NCBI RefSeq assembly: GCF_006345805.1
Contig: NC_043001.1
Span: 129,952,001-130,016,000 of the forward strand
Direction of reading: 5' to 3'
DNA length: 64,000 nucleotides
From: Octopus sinensis
Lineage: Eukaryota
The notes beneath the pieces were generated by a model. That model was given only the letters and a program-made list of their open reading frames with translations, had not been told where the DNA came from and made no database searches. Numbering within the stretch: position 1 is the stretch's first letter; the number at the start of each line of letters is the position of its first letter. Below are positions 11,336-24,551 of this stretch, piece after piece. The position numbers and the translations under genes were made by a program.

Positions 11336-11623
11336 TAAATGATAACAATGACAATATACACACAATAAAAGTAAAAAGTACACTGAATAATATTTTTCAA
11401 TTCAACTGTCTTGAGAAGCAAATACATTATTCTCAAAGCACAAAATAACTGAGTTTTGCAGTACATAGCATACAATACATATAAGTAGTCTGTATGGCTG
11501 CAATTCTATTCTCTGTTATTCACAATCTAACAAGAGAGTATCAACTCAAGTTACTATAAACAGTAGATAAATATCCAAGAAATCACATTATATAGCCTTA
11601 ATAATATCAAATAGAATACAAGT

Positions 11624-11986
11624 GCAGGTATGGCTGTATGGTAAGAAGTTTGCATCATGACTACATGATTCCAGGTTCGGCACCACTGCATGGCATTTTG
11701 AGCAAGTGTCTTGTATTATAGCCTCAAGCTAACCAAAGCCCTCAGGGTGGATTTGGTAGATGGAAACTGAAAGAAGCTCATTGTGTGTATGTGTGTGTGT
11801 CTTCCACCACTTGACAACCAGTATTGGTGTGTTTGTGTTCTGTGACTGAGGGGTTCAGCAAAGGAAACTGATAGAATAAATATGAGGCTTAAAAAAGATA
11901 TGTATTAGGGTCAATTCATTTAACTAAACTTCTTCAAGGTGGTGCTCCAGTATGGCTGCAGTCAAATGACAGGAACAAGTAAAAAG
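11624..11986 (+). mobile_element. Family A SINE, diverged
   Basis: Head, body and tail colinear with other A copies, with many CpG-decay changes. Confidence 0.85.
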
Positions 11987-12641
11987 TTTAATATATATAT
12001 ATACACACATATATATATATATATACACTTATATATGTACATATATATATACACACACACACACATATATATATATATACACATATATATGTACATTTGT
12101 ATGTTTTTATGTGGTAAAAGTGTAGACCAAATGAAAGTAGTATATTCCTTGTTTATATATAACATGCAGTTCTATAATTAAATATTGTTACATACAAAAT
12201 GACAGTGAAGTGGAGCAAGCTGATTTGTAGATTTATAACAGCAATGTAATCTTAGTATTACCTATGCTAAAACAATGGGCATACATTCACAAATGTGCCC
12301 TACGACTGTTTTTGCACGACTTTCAGGAAAATGGGTACTTTTAAATGGAAATTTCTACAAATGCTTTTCAATGTGTGTAAATTACAATTATATAGGAATT
12401 TTATGTGAAAAGAAAAATGGTGAGCATGCACACATATATACTGACATACATCACAATTTATTTTTGAAATTACAATTTTCATTTTATGGATATATGTGTG
12501 GTTAAGAAGTTTGCTTCTCAATCACATGGTTTTAGGTTCAGTTTCACTGCATAGCACTTTAGACAAGTGTCTTCTACTACAGCCACAAGCTGACCAATGC
12601 TTTGTGAATAAATCTGGTAGAGAGAAAAACCAGCTATTTAA

Positions 12642-12842
12642 CCCTTTAGTGTTCTGATTATTCTATCAAACATAATGCTTATTGATTCCCATTGATTTGA
12701 ATTAATCATGCATTGTGTCATATCTTCAAGATCTTGATGGTGTAATTACTTAATGTAGAATAACATTGTAGGGTAAGTATGAGAGCCTGGATCTGGTCAG
12801 TTTGAACATAAAACAGATTAACTATTTTGGCCAGATATGGCC
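12642..12842. mobile_element. piggyBac-type MITE fragment truncated by an RTE insertion
   Basis: Starts ttaa|ccctttag. Related sequence in opposite orientation at about 50014-50190. Confidence 0.6.
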
Positions 12843-13095
12843 GAGTGGAAGTGGATTGGTAGCACAATTAGAAAAGACACACCAAATGTAGCAGAAAGTG
12901 CTTTACAGTGGAAACCAGATGGATATAGAAAGAGAGGTAGGCCTAAGAACTCGTGGCGTAGATCAACACAAAAGGAACTAAAGAAAGGGGGACATTCATG
13001 GCAGAGTATAAGTACAAAAGTAAAGAATTATGCGACATAGAATTCAATTATAAGTGGCCTATACTCTGCGTTGGAGGGTTAAAGGCATAAAAAAA
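12843..13095 (+). mobile_element. RTE-clade LINE 3' fragment
   Basis: WKWIGSTIRKDTPNVAESALQWKPDGYRKRGRPKNSWRRS matches the RTE ORF C-terminal W.W.G...W.P.G.R.RGRP..W motif. Ends in an A-rich tail. Confidence 0.85.
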
Positions 13096-14544
13096 AATGA
13101 CAGAAAAACCAAAAGATATCTGTGTGTGTGTTTGTACATAATTGCTTGAATGCATTTTTGTGTGAGTGGATGTGACTTCTATTCTTGTTCATTGGTTTGT
13201 GAACCATGGCTTCATTGATGGTAAAGTCTGCTTGCAGTCCTCCATGAAAGTATGTCCATGGCTACATGTTATTTGATAGACCACGAGATTATTACCCACC
13301 TTTGAAACAAGTCGGGGTGGGTAACTGGAAAAGTTTTTAACAGTAAAAAAAATTTGTGTCTCTATGAACTGTTGCCTCATCCATGCAATCATGGAAAAGT
13401 AGATGCGATGATAATGAGATGATGATGAGGAGGAGGAGGTGGAGGAGGAGGAGGATGGTGATGATATAACAATAAAAAAAGCTGGCATGAAAAGCATGCA
13501 ATGAATTATCTATTCTATAATAGTTTACACTTCAAAAAAGAAAAAAATATAACACAAATATACTTTTTATGCTAATTCATACAGTATGAAAGCTATTTTA
13601 AAGATGAACTACGTATACACAATTAAGGATTCATATGTATTTGAAAATTAGTCATTCAAAATCAATTTTGCCTCAGTCAAAATCTTTTGAAAAGTCACAA
13701 ATTGTTACCACTTATCCAAAATACCTTATCTTGAGAAACAATTGCTCTTTCTTTTTCTTTTCTTAATTTTACTTCAATTTAACTTAAGGCTCTAATTAAG
13801 TTATAGAGAAAAGTCTCACCTCAGTCAGCTAGGCTGCTGTTCTATAATTTATAGAATCTTGTGCCAAGGGAGAACGAGTTTTTGAGTAAAATTTACTTGT
13901 GTGAAAATTTTTTTTATACATTTTTCATTTGTGTGCATCATGTATGTATATATATATATGTATGTATATTTGTATGTATATAGTTGTATGCATGTATGTG
14001 TGTGTATGTATGCATATTTTGGATCTATGCATTGTAGACATATGTGTAAAATGCTTCAGAAATTTGCATGTACTTCTTATTCAGAGGAGATGCTACTCTG
14101 TTCACTGCAAATGTATGTGTTATGTATGCAAAGATACATTGCAATTTAAAATCTATTTATTATTGAAGTTCCTTCTCTCTTACCCTCTCTCCCCTTCCAT
14201 TTCTCCCACATTCTGTGCATGTGTGTATGTACTGCACTTTCTTTTTAATTACTGGGATGTTGGGCACATAATTTACCATTTTAAAAGAAACAAACAACCA
14301 CAAGGCGGCGTTTCAACGTGTGCTGCTCCATAGGAAGGAAAGACAGACTCAAGATATAAATGGAATATTTCAAATATTTCAACTTTTGTTTATAAATATT
14401 CAGGCATGTCTGAGTGATTGAGAAGCTTGCTTTCCAACCATGTGGTCTCTGTTTCAATCCCACCATGCAGAACCTTGGGCAAGTGTCTTCCTTTATAGCC
14501 CTGGGTCAACCAAAGCCTTCTAAGTGGATTTGGTAATCTCTCAT

Positions 14545-14595
<51 letters not shown>

Positions 14596-14599
14596 ATAT

Positions 14600-14909
14600 C
14601 ACATCACATGATCACATGACCGACCAGACCATCAGATGTTGTTACACATCGCTGGTCACAATGCGTTTGCATTGTTTTAGCCTTCAAATGACGCCACCCC
14701 GGTGGCTAAGCGAGCAGGCCAACAGAAGAAAGAGTGGGAGAAAGAGTGGTGAAAGAGTACAGCAGGGATCACCACCCCCTGCCGGAGCCTCGTGGAGCTT
14801 TTAGGTGTTTTCACTCAATAAACACTCACAATGCCCGGTCTGGGATTCGAAACCGCGATCCTGCGACCGCGAGTCCGCTGCCCAAACCACTAGGCCATTG
14901 CGCCTCCAC
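14600..14909 (-). mobile_element. tRNA-derived SINE family D, tail type 1
   Basis: Head gtggaggcgcaatggcc.agtggtt...gtttcgaatccc. 16-bp TSD gtatgtatgtatatat (14584-14599, 14910-14925). Inserted into the microsatellite of an A fragment. Confidence 0.9.
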
Positions 14910-15004
14910 GTATGTATGTATATATATGTACAATAATTATTTTTTTTTAAATGTTTACTATGGACTTCTGGTAGCACATGCACTATATATATATATATAC
15001 ATAT

Positions 15005-15383
15005 TCTTTTATTCTTTTACTTGTTTCAGTCATTTAAATGTGGCCATGCTGGAGCACCACCTTTAGCTGAACAAATCAACCCCAAGACTTATTCTTTGTA
15101 AGCCTAGTACTTATTCTAACACTCTCTTTTGCCAAACTGCTAAATTATGGGAATGTAAACACAGCAAAATTGGTTGTCAAGCAATGATGAGGGGAACAAA
15201 TACAGACACATACATAAATATATACATATATACGATGAGCTTCTTTCAGTTTCCTACTACCAAATCCACTCGCAAGGTTTTGGTCAGCCTGAGGCTATAG
15301 TAGAAGACACTTGCCCAAGGTGTCATGCAGTGGGACTGAACCGAGAACCATATGGTTAGGAAGCAAGCTTCTTACCAGACAGC
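15005..15383 (-). mobile_element. Family A SINE
   Basis: Reverse complement of the A consensus. Confidence 0.85.
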
Positions 15384-15818
15384 AGTTTGCAATGTTTCCC
15401 CAAAAAGGAGAATTACAAATATTACTAAAAATGACTAGGGTATTAGGAAACACCTACATTGCTAGAAATAAGAGTTAAACTTCTCTAATGTTGTTGTTTA
15501 TGCACATGATTGAAAACATATACACTAACAAGGACCACAATTGTCTGAAAAGTGCTGATTGAGAATTCCTAACACTGACGTCAGTTTCAGCAATTTCCAT
15601 TGCTTCATCAGTTAAGACTGCCTAACTGTTTGGCTCTTTCCAGACTTGCTCCACCATTAGTATTTAAGTTTACATCATCCAAGTTATTGGATGATTTAGC
15701 GATTCACTAATGTGTATATATAAATTAATATAAACAGCAGTTTGCAATGTTTCACCAAAAAAAAGGAGAATTATAAGTGTCACTAAATGTAACTAGGGTG
15801 TTAGAAAACATCTACATT
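15380..15818 (-). mobile_element. Penelope-like 3' fragment flanked by about 80-bp direct repeats
   Basis: Minus strand gives NNLDDVNLNTNGGASLERAKQLGSLN* (LN..GG, as in PLE GIY-YIG C-termini), then a hammerhead motif. Direct repeats at 15380-15460 and 15735-15818. Confidence 0.55.
15568..15616 (-). ncRNA. Hammerhead-ribozyme-like motif
   Basis: CUUAA-CUGAUGA-AGCAAU[GGAA]AUUGCU-GAAA-CUGACGUCAG-U-G-UUAGG. The cleavage position is non-canonical in this register. Confidence 0.6.
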
Positions 15819-16139
15819 ATGAACAATTTGACTGATCCAAACGATCAGGTGTACATTTTGCATCTGTCAAGCACAAATATTTACCCTCTACAATATATGT
15901 CAGGTGCTCTTTCTTTTTGTTTGTACAAATAAGCATGTGTGTGTGTGTGTAAGCAGTAGAATTTAATGTATGGTGTAAAATACCTCGTGGTATTTGATCA
16001 CATACCCTTACATGTTCTGATATCAAATCTTAGCAAACCTTATCTAACAACACTGTAAAGCTGATAAAGTAAACGCTAATCAATTACTTATGTGAATATA
16101 AACGAGTAGATCCTTAAAAGTGCTAACTCAGATTAGCCA

Positions 16140-16950
16140 CAACCCAAGGATTAATAATCCTTTCTAATATAGGGACAAGGCCTGGATTTTGTGTGGAGGG
16201 GGACAATCGATCCCAGTACTCAACTGGTACTTAATTTATCAACTCTGAAAGGACAAAAGGCAAATTTGACCTTGGTGGAATTTGAACTCAGAATGTAAAG
16301 ACAGATAAAATGCTGCAACCCAAGGACTAATATTGACTATAATAATCCCTTCTACGAAAGGCACAAGGCCTGAAATTTTGGCAGGAGGGGCCTAGTCAAT
16401 TACATCAACCCAGTGTTGCACTGGTGCTTAATTTATTGACAATGAAAGGAGGAAAGGCAAATTTGACCTTGGCTAAATTTGAACTCAGAATGTAAAGATG
16501 GACAAAATGCCACAACCCAAGGACTAATAATAATAATAATAATATATTTCTACTATAGGCACAAGGCCGAAATTTTGTGGGAGGGGCTAGTTGATTACAT
16601 TGATTTCAGTGCTCAACTGATACTTATTTTATTGATCCCTAAAAGAATGAGTGGCAAAGCTGAGCTCAGCAGGGTTTGTATTCAACATAAAGAGATGACC
16701 AAAAAGCAATGCCACAAAGCATTCTGCTTGAAGCACCATGTTTTTGTCAGCTTTGCCTTCAAAACAACAACAACAGTAATGGCTTCAAATTTTGGTACAT
16801 GGCCAGCAATTTCCTCAACCCCAATATTGAACCCTGAAGGAATAAAAGGCAAGTTGAGCTCAACAGAATTTGAACTCGTAACATGAAGATAGACAAAATA
16901 CTGCTAAGCATTTCATCTGGTTTGCTAATGATTCTGCCTGCTTGCCTCCT
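16140..16950 (-). mobile_element. Head-to-tail array of four family B-variant SINE units
   Basis: Junction caacccaagga.taata at 16140, 16316 and 16513. Each unit carries ggcaaa.ttgacct...gaatttgaactc. Confidence 0.75.
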
Positions 16951-17004
16951 TAATAATAATAATAATAATAATAATAATGACGATGATGATGATGATGAAC
17001 AAAA

Positions 17005-17865
17005 ATAAAACAGTAAAAGCATGGAAGGGAAAGAAAGTGCACAGTTAGTTTGCAAGAGATGTGAACGCCAAGTGGCTATAGAGAGGACCAGTGGCTATGG
17101 ATGAGGAGGAGTGACCTAAAGATAGAGACAAAAGCTTTCATATGTGCAGTTCAGGAACAAGTGATAAGGACCAACTATATGAAGTGCAGAATAGGCAACA
17201 GATAGTGACAACTGAAGAATGTGTGGTGAGTGGGGTGAAACTGTATGGCACATCATTTGCAAATGCCTGAAATTGGGACAATGTGAATACAAAAGATGCC
17301 ATGACAATGTGGCAAGAATGATCCTTTGGGAGGTCTGTAGAAATAACAGCCTACACAGAGCATGGACATGGTATGAGAAAACTTCAGGAGTCACCAAAAG
17401 TGAGAATTGCAAAATCCTGTGGGATGCAATGACCCAGTACAATCATCTGATCAGACATCAGAAACTGGACATTGTTGTGGTGAGTAAAAAAGAAACATGT
17501 ATGATAATGGACATTGCTTGCCCTAGTGACAACAGGATCTATGTGAAAGAAGGAAATATAAACAACTATGATGATTTGAAGTGGGAAATACGAAGGTTGT
17601 GGTCAAGGAAGAGAGTAGACCAATAATAATTGGTGCACTAGGAAGTATCAGCACTCAACTACCAATATGGCTGAAAAAAATTGATGCAAGTTTGAAGGTA
17701 GAACACCTACAAAAATCAGCATTGCTTGGAACTGCAAGAATTCTTCGCAGGGTTCTTGAAGCATGACCAGTAAATGAGTATCACCTTAGTGTGCTGGCGG
17801 TGGACAGCTGACACTTTCCATCATACCCAGCAAAATAAGCTGAGAGTTTTCATATGATAATATGT
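17005..17865 (+). mobile_element. Dong/R4-clade non-LTR retrotransposon 3' fragment (CCHC knuckle plus restriction-like endonuclease), frameshifted
   Basis: QWLWMRRSDLKIETKAFICAVQEQVIRTNY...RMCGEWGETVWHIICKC...EYKRCHDNVAR...ILWD...DIVV...MDIACP...PIIIGALG...LQKSALLGTARILRRVL*. Confidence 0.9.
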
Positions 17866-18907
17866 ACGTATATTATGTTTACATATTGTGTATGATATAT
17901 AATACAAATTAACAACTAGGGTATTATAAACATACACAGTAGTTTTAGCTACTTAATGTGCTTGCAATTTTGTATATCCAACTATTCAATTAATTATATC
18001 AATTAAAAGCAATAACAAACAGAATTAGTGTTATAACAACTTAATTAACATCAGTTGCCAGGTGGATAAACTATTTCCTAACAAAGATGTTTGATGTTTC
18101 TGAAGTCAAAAATTTGAAATGTATCAATGCTCTTTTAGGAAGGTGAACATTTACATATTCAATTACTCTATGCCATATTTAAGAAAACAAGCGTAAGCTT
18201 CCAGCCTGGTTTTGAATACGTCAGTTAAGTACTTGTATTTATACATATGCTCATGTCAACAACGTACATCTCCCCTCTCACTCTCTCTTTCTTTCTATCT
18301 GTCATCACACATACAAATGGTAGTGTGAACATGGATACACATAACATTTTACAAGCAGATCTTTATTACAAAAGCAGAATTTTAACTAGCATCAAAAAAG
18401 TACTTTAAAAATTACATAGTTTCACAAGAGTGATTAAGTTAGATATGTACAAATATATTGTGTATTTTCGAAACAACACATTTTTAAACATTAAACGCTA
18501 CACAAAATATCTTGTAGTAAATAAAATTACAAAACAGAAAGCTTGAGCAATCACATTTGCTAAAACCAGTGTTCATGATTATGGAGTCAGGAAACAGTTT
18601 TAAAGATATCAAAAGGTAGTGGAACAAAATAGGACATATGTGGTTGAATAAAAGATGTACAAATACCTAAATATTGGTTTTGAATTTTACCAAAAAAACA
18701 AAACAAAGAAAAACATGGATGCATGTCTTGCTACAAACAATAGCCAAGTCTCCCTTCAAATCACAGCTTACAATCTTAAAAAGAAATGATATATTGAATT
18801 ATGTAGTCCTGGATACATTATTTCTGCAAACACAGCAGTATAGTCACAATTGGACAGGTATGTTCAAGCAGAGTAGCCCAGGGGTTAAGCAACAAAAATA
18901 ATAAACA

Positions 18908-19093
18908 GTGTAGTTGAGTGATAAGAAGTTTGCTTCCCAAGCACATGGTTCTGGGTTCCAGGTTCAGTTTCACAATGTGGCACCTTGGGCAAGTGTCTTC
19001 TACAATAGACACTTTGGGCCAACCAAAGCCTTGTGAGTGGATTTGGTAGACAGAAGCTGAAAGAAGTCCGTTGTGTGTGTATATATATATATG

Positions 19094-19124
<31 letters not shown>

Positions 19125-19139
19125 ATACATATATATATG

Positions 19140-19174
<35 letters not shown>

Positions 19175-19483
19175 GTATATATATATACACACGTGTGTGT
19201 GTGTGTATGTATACACACAAACATATAAATATATAAAAATATACATATGTATATATGCATATGTTTGTGTGTGTCTTTGTGTGTCCTCCCACCAGCACTT
19301 GACAACCAATGTTGGTGTGTTTATGTCCCCAAAACTTAGCAATTCAGCAAAATAGGCCAATAGAACAAGTACCAGATTTACAAAGAATTAGTCCTGGGGT
19401 TGATTTCTTTGACTAAAAAAACCCCTTTTAAAGTGCTGCTCCATCATGGATGCAGTCAAATGACTGAAACAAGTAAAAGAGTA
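18908..19483 (+). mobile_element. Family A SINE with expanded internal (TA/TG)n
   Basis: A head and tail separated by about 200 bp of dinucleotide repeat. Confidence 0.85.
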
Positions 19484-19649
19484 ATCCTTAAAATGTACTT
19501 CACTAAGATATTCAGTTTTGGATACAAACTCAAATGTTTGAAAAATTTAGCAGATTATTGGAGTTTAACTTTGCTCATTGGAATGGTTAGTATACTAGTA
19601 AGAAGAACTTCCTGTTGTGAAGCAGGGTGCTAAGAAAAATAAATAAATC

Positions 19650-20048
19650 CGCAGGAGTGGCTGTGTGGTAGGTAGCTTGTTTACCAACCACATGGTTCCG
19701 GGTTCAGTCCCACTGCATGGCACCTTGGGCAAGTGTCTTCTACTATAGCCTCGGGCCGACCAAAGCCTTGTGAGTGGATTTGGTAGACGGAAACTGAAAG
19801 AAGCCCGTCGTATATATATATATATGCGTGTGTGTGTTTGTGTCTGTGTTTGTCCTCCTAGCATTGCTTGACAACCGATGCTGGTGTGTTTATGTCCCCG
19901 TCACTTAGTGGTTCGGCAAAAGAGACTGATAGAATAAGTACTGGGCTTACAAAGAATAAGTCCCAGGGTCGATTTGCTCGACTAAAGGTGGTGCTCCAGC
20001 ATGGCCGCAGTCAAATGACTGAAACAAGTAAAAGAATAAAAGAAAGAA
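19650..20048 (+). mobile_element. Family A SINE, young copy
   Basis: Near consensus, CpGs retained. Confidence 0.92.
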
Positions 20049-20789
20049 TACAAGCAGTGGAAAATAAATGTAAAATAGAGAAGGAAAAGAAGTAAAATCC
20101 ATTGACACGAATTGGCACATTGAACCCTATTTTGAATTAATCCAGATTAAAGCTGGTCACCAATACAGGATTATGTAATTTATTTTATTGATCGAAAGTG
20201 AGTTACATATCAAATAAACCCCAGCAGGATTTCAACTCACACTGTACAGGGTGACATATTTATTGAAATTTAAATTACTAGAACAAGCTTCTAAATGAGA
20301 GAGAAAGTGCAGGTGATACTGGGCAGTGACTTCATCACTGTAAGTAAAACTTGTTATGGAACATGGTAGAAAAAATACTGGACACTTGACCACTAATATT
20401 TTGTCAGACACAGTATGAAATTTACCATGGTAAGGGCAGAAAATAATGTCTAGTCATATGCCCTGATACTGTATATTACAATGTATTATCCTCCTGCTTT
20501 CCGTTATAGTGGAAGCTGTAAAGCAGTGGATAAAACGATTAGCAGTATTTAATTATACTTGACATTCAAAAACAGTTGTAGCTACCTTTATTTCTGATCT
20601 ATCCATGTCAAGTACAGAAAAAGCAAGGTACTTCATGTCAGAATGCTCCAGTACACTCGGGAGAAAATGAATACCAGCAAATGGGGAGTTGGGGTGGTTG
20701 CAAAGAATTGGCAACACATTCAGCAGAGGAGTATCTTATTTTCAGTTGTTTAAATGCCTCAGAAACTAGGATAAGCTCTAACATAACTC

Positions 20790-21163
20790 TCTCTCTTTAC
20801 TCTTTTATTTGCTTCAGTCATTTGACTGTAGCCATGCTGGAGCACCGCCTTTAATCGAGCAACTCGACCCCGGGACTTATTCTTTTGTAAGCCTAGTACT
20901 TATTCTATTGGTCACTTTTGCTGAACCACTAAGTAGCGGGGACATAAACACACCAGCATCGGTTGTCAAGCAATGCTAGGGGGACAAACACAGACACGCA
21001 TATATATATATATACATATATACGACGGGCTTCTTTCAGTTTCCGTCTGCCAAATCCACTCACAAGGCATTGGTCGGCCTGAGGCTATAGTAGAAAACAC
21101 TTGCCCAAGGTGCCATGCAGTGGGACTGAACCTGGAACCATGTGGTTGGTAAACAAGCTACTT
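20790..21163 (-). mobile_element. Family A SINE
   Basis: Reverse complement of the A consensus. Abuts a B fragment at 21165-21330. Confidence 0.9.
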
Positions 21164-21347
21164 AGCAGCATTTCGTCCATCCTTACGTTTTGAGTTCAAA
21201 TTCTGTCAAGGTCAACTTTGCTTTTCATCCTTCGGGAATCAATACAATAAGTACCAGTTGTGCACTGGGGTCAATGTAATTGATTTAACCTTTCCCCAGA
21301 ATTGCTGGCCTTGTGTCAAAATTTGAAACCATTATTATCATTGCTGT

Positions 21348-21830
21348 TACAAAAATTTCACAAACACAGAGAAGAATATCGATGTTGCACGGATCACAGT
21401 CAGACCCTGTGTTTGTGAAATTTTTGTATCTCTGCCGTAAGACTTCATTTCCACAGATGCTAGCTTAATTCAATTCGTCCCCAGTCGAAAGACACCTGTT
21501 GTTATGTCCTGTTATCATTTTTATTGTATTTATATTGTATTTATATTTGTGTAACACTGTCTGTTTTTCCGTCCTTGTTTTTGTATACATTCGATGCTTT
21601 CTTCCAAGGAATCTAATGCTGATAGCTTAGTTTTTCCTTGGGGCTAGCCAGATTGGAGCAATCTCAAGATTAATCAGCCGAAATTGTGAGGATGAACTGG
21701 TTCTTGACTGAGGATAGAAAGCTTTGAAAGACCAGTCCTTGCTTTTTTGTATCGTCTATCTGGATGTTTTGTTGTCCCTTTTTGTATCACCTAGTTGTCC
21801 GAATGTTTTGCGTTCTTGTCCCATTTTGTA
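21348..21830 (+). mobile_element. Probable Penelope-like terminal fragment with 5' inversion
   Basis: 22-bp perfect inverted repeat at the start (21348-21369 / 21407-21428), T-rich terminal region, ends in (TA)n. No ORF seen. Confidence 0.4.
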
Positions 21831-22171
21831 TTATATATATATATATATATAATATAAATAATATATGTATATGTGTGTGTGTGCATATATACATACATAT
21901 ATGTTCACACTTACATATATATATATGTATGTATATATGCATATATGGGTACAGGACGTCACAAAACGTAAACAACATGAAATATGAAGACAAACTTGGG
22001 TATGTGAACAATGAGAAAAACAAATGTTAAACAATACAAGTAACATAAAGAACGACCCTTCATCAATTGTCGGGTGTCCATCTATTCCTCATTTCGAGCA
22101 ATTTACGACCTATATATAGATATATAATATAAATATGTGTGTATATATATAATAAATCTCTGAGCAATATA

Positions 22172-22375
22172 TCATCATCATCATCATCGTCGTTTAATGT
22201 CCGCTTTCCATGCTAGCATGGGTTGGACGATTTGACTGAGGTCTGGCAAATCAGATGGCTGCACCAGGTTCCAGTCTTGATTTGGCAGAGTTTCTACAGC
22301 TGGATGCCCTTCCTAATGCCAACCACTCCGAGAGTGTAGTGGGTGCTTTTACGTGCCACTGCATCCACTACACTC
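22172..22375 (-). mobile_element. RTE-type 3' end (family C), short
   Basis: (CAT)n plus conserved C tail motifs. Confidence 0.85.
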
Positions 22376-22463
22376 TCGGCAGAGTGGTTATCATATATAT
22401 CTATCTATCTATATATGATATATATTACATAGATACATATATGTGTGTGATATACATACATAG

Positions 22464-22511
<48 letters not shown>

Positions 22512-22990
22512 TATATATGCAAACATTCATCAAGTTAGATAGATTGATGACTGTATGGATACAGTTTGTTACTACAAATAGATCGGTGGTGGTGAGAATG
22601 ATGAAGTGATATATTTTTTGATGAGTTCGAAAACATCAAAAGAAGGCAAACATACAACTAAATCGTAGCAACTGATGTTGATATGGAAGTGACATGGTTC
22701 GTTTGTTGATGCATTCAGCAAGGTGAAGGTGTAAGGGATGAGAGGGAGATACAATTAGAAATCTAGAAAGATACGGAGATGTGAGATATACTATACAGAT
22801 GTGGGACAAATCAATATGGTTGGTGTTTGGAAGTGTATGTTGGTGGGGGGGCGAAGCTGCAGGGCGAAGAGGTTAGAGAAATGGAGATCTTTTAATAAAC
22901 TTTACTCAGACACCATTTAAAAATTTTTTTATTATGCTAGTTATATATTTCAACAAAGGATAGATAAATATATATATATGTATATATATA

Positions 22991-23055
<65 letters not shown>

Positions 23056-23056
<1 letters not shown>

Positions 23057-23472
23057 GGCATAGGAGTGGCTGTGTGGTAAGTAGCTTGCTTACGAACCAC
23101 ATGGTTCCGGGTTCAGTCCCACTGCATGGCACCTTGAGCAAGTGTCTTCTACTATAGCCTCGGGCCAACCAAAGCCTTGTGAGTGGATTTGGTAGACGGA
23201 AACTGAAAGAAGCCCGTCGTGTCTATGTATATATATATATATGTGTGTGTGATTGTGTGTCTGTGTTTGTAGCCCCCCCCAACATCGCTTGACAATCGAT
23301 GCTGGTGTGTTTACGTCCCCGTAACTTAGCGGTTCGGCAAAAGAGACCAATAGAATAATTACTAGGCTTACAAAGAATAAGTCCTGGGGTCGATTTGCTC
23401 GACAAAAGGCGGTGCTCCAGCATGTCCACAGTCAAATGACTGTAACAAGTAAAAGAGTAAAAGAGTAAAAGA

Positions 23473-23473
<1 letters not shown>
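23056..23473 (+). mobile_element. Family A SINE
   Basis: Full head to (AAAAGAGT)n tail, embedded in (TA)n. Confidence 0.92.
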
Positions 23474-23527
<54 letters not shown>

Positions 23528-23843
23528 ATACTATATATATATACTATATATATATATATATTATATACTGGATGATAATGAAACTGAGAAGTCAATTATT
23601 GTTGTTGTACATGTAGTTATATTGTTTTGCTTCTATCATTTATTTACTAACACACACCATATATATAGGCACAGACATTGGTATGTGGTAAGAAGCTTGC
23701 TTCCTAAGCACATGGTTCTAGGTTCAGTCCCACTGCATAACACCTTGGGCAAGTGTCTTCTACTGTAACCTCTGGCTGATAAAAGCCTTGTGAGTGGATT
23801 TGGCAGACAGAAACAGAAAGAAGCCTGTTACAGATATATATTT

Positions 23844-23919
<76 letters not shown>

Positions 23920-24551
23920 TTTTTGTCTGTATTTGTGATGCCCCCTCATCACCACTCTTCAACTGGCGCTGGTGTGATTACATTCTTCACAGAATAAGTT
24001 CAAGGCTATAAAGAAATATATATGGGCCAACCAAGGCCTTGTGATAGGATCTGGCAGATGGAAACTGAAAGAAACCTGTCATGTGTGTGTATACTTTATA
24101 TATATATATATATATATGTATATAAAACTCAACTTGTGTGTCTGTGTGTGTATCTGTGTGTGTATCTGGGTGTTTAATTTCCCGGCACATCTCCTAGCCA
24201 ACAAATCTTAGAACCACCAAAAATGGGTCACTTAAAGTTTAGGCGAATGAAAATTGAACTGCGCTATTTCTGTTCCGAAATTCATCTTGCAAGTGCAAAA
24301 ATCGATAATGTGTTTGTTTAGGCCTTATCCCATGCATTGAATAGTGAACTTTACTCAGTCAGCTGTTTGACGTGAACTGTGTTCACCACGCATGCAAGCA
24401 TGCGTAAATTGCATGAAAAATAAAAAGTCAAGATATAAAAACAAATCGCCGCAGACATTGTAGAAATTTGGCAAAGAAATGAATTTTCGGGATGTAGCCT
24501 GGAGGGTTTTTTTGTATTAATCGTTTGGACTTTGTGAACACATACCAATTA

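Noticed and set aside
18772-18857. Exon candidate IMYPGLHNSIYHFFLR (minus, 18772-18823)
   Set aside because: An equally plausible plus-strand candidate overlaps it, so chance cannot be excluded without RNA data.
21690-21740. Hammerhead-like CTGAGGA...GAAA
   Set aside because: No register gives a valid stem I together with an NUH site.
22040-22110. Minus-strand (T)TGATGA with upstream GAAA in a PLE-like fragment
   Set aside because: The core C is mutated and the stems cannot be built.
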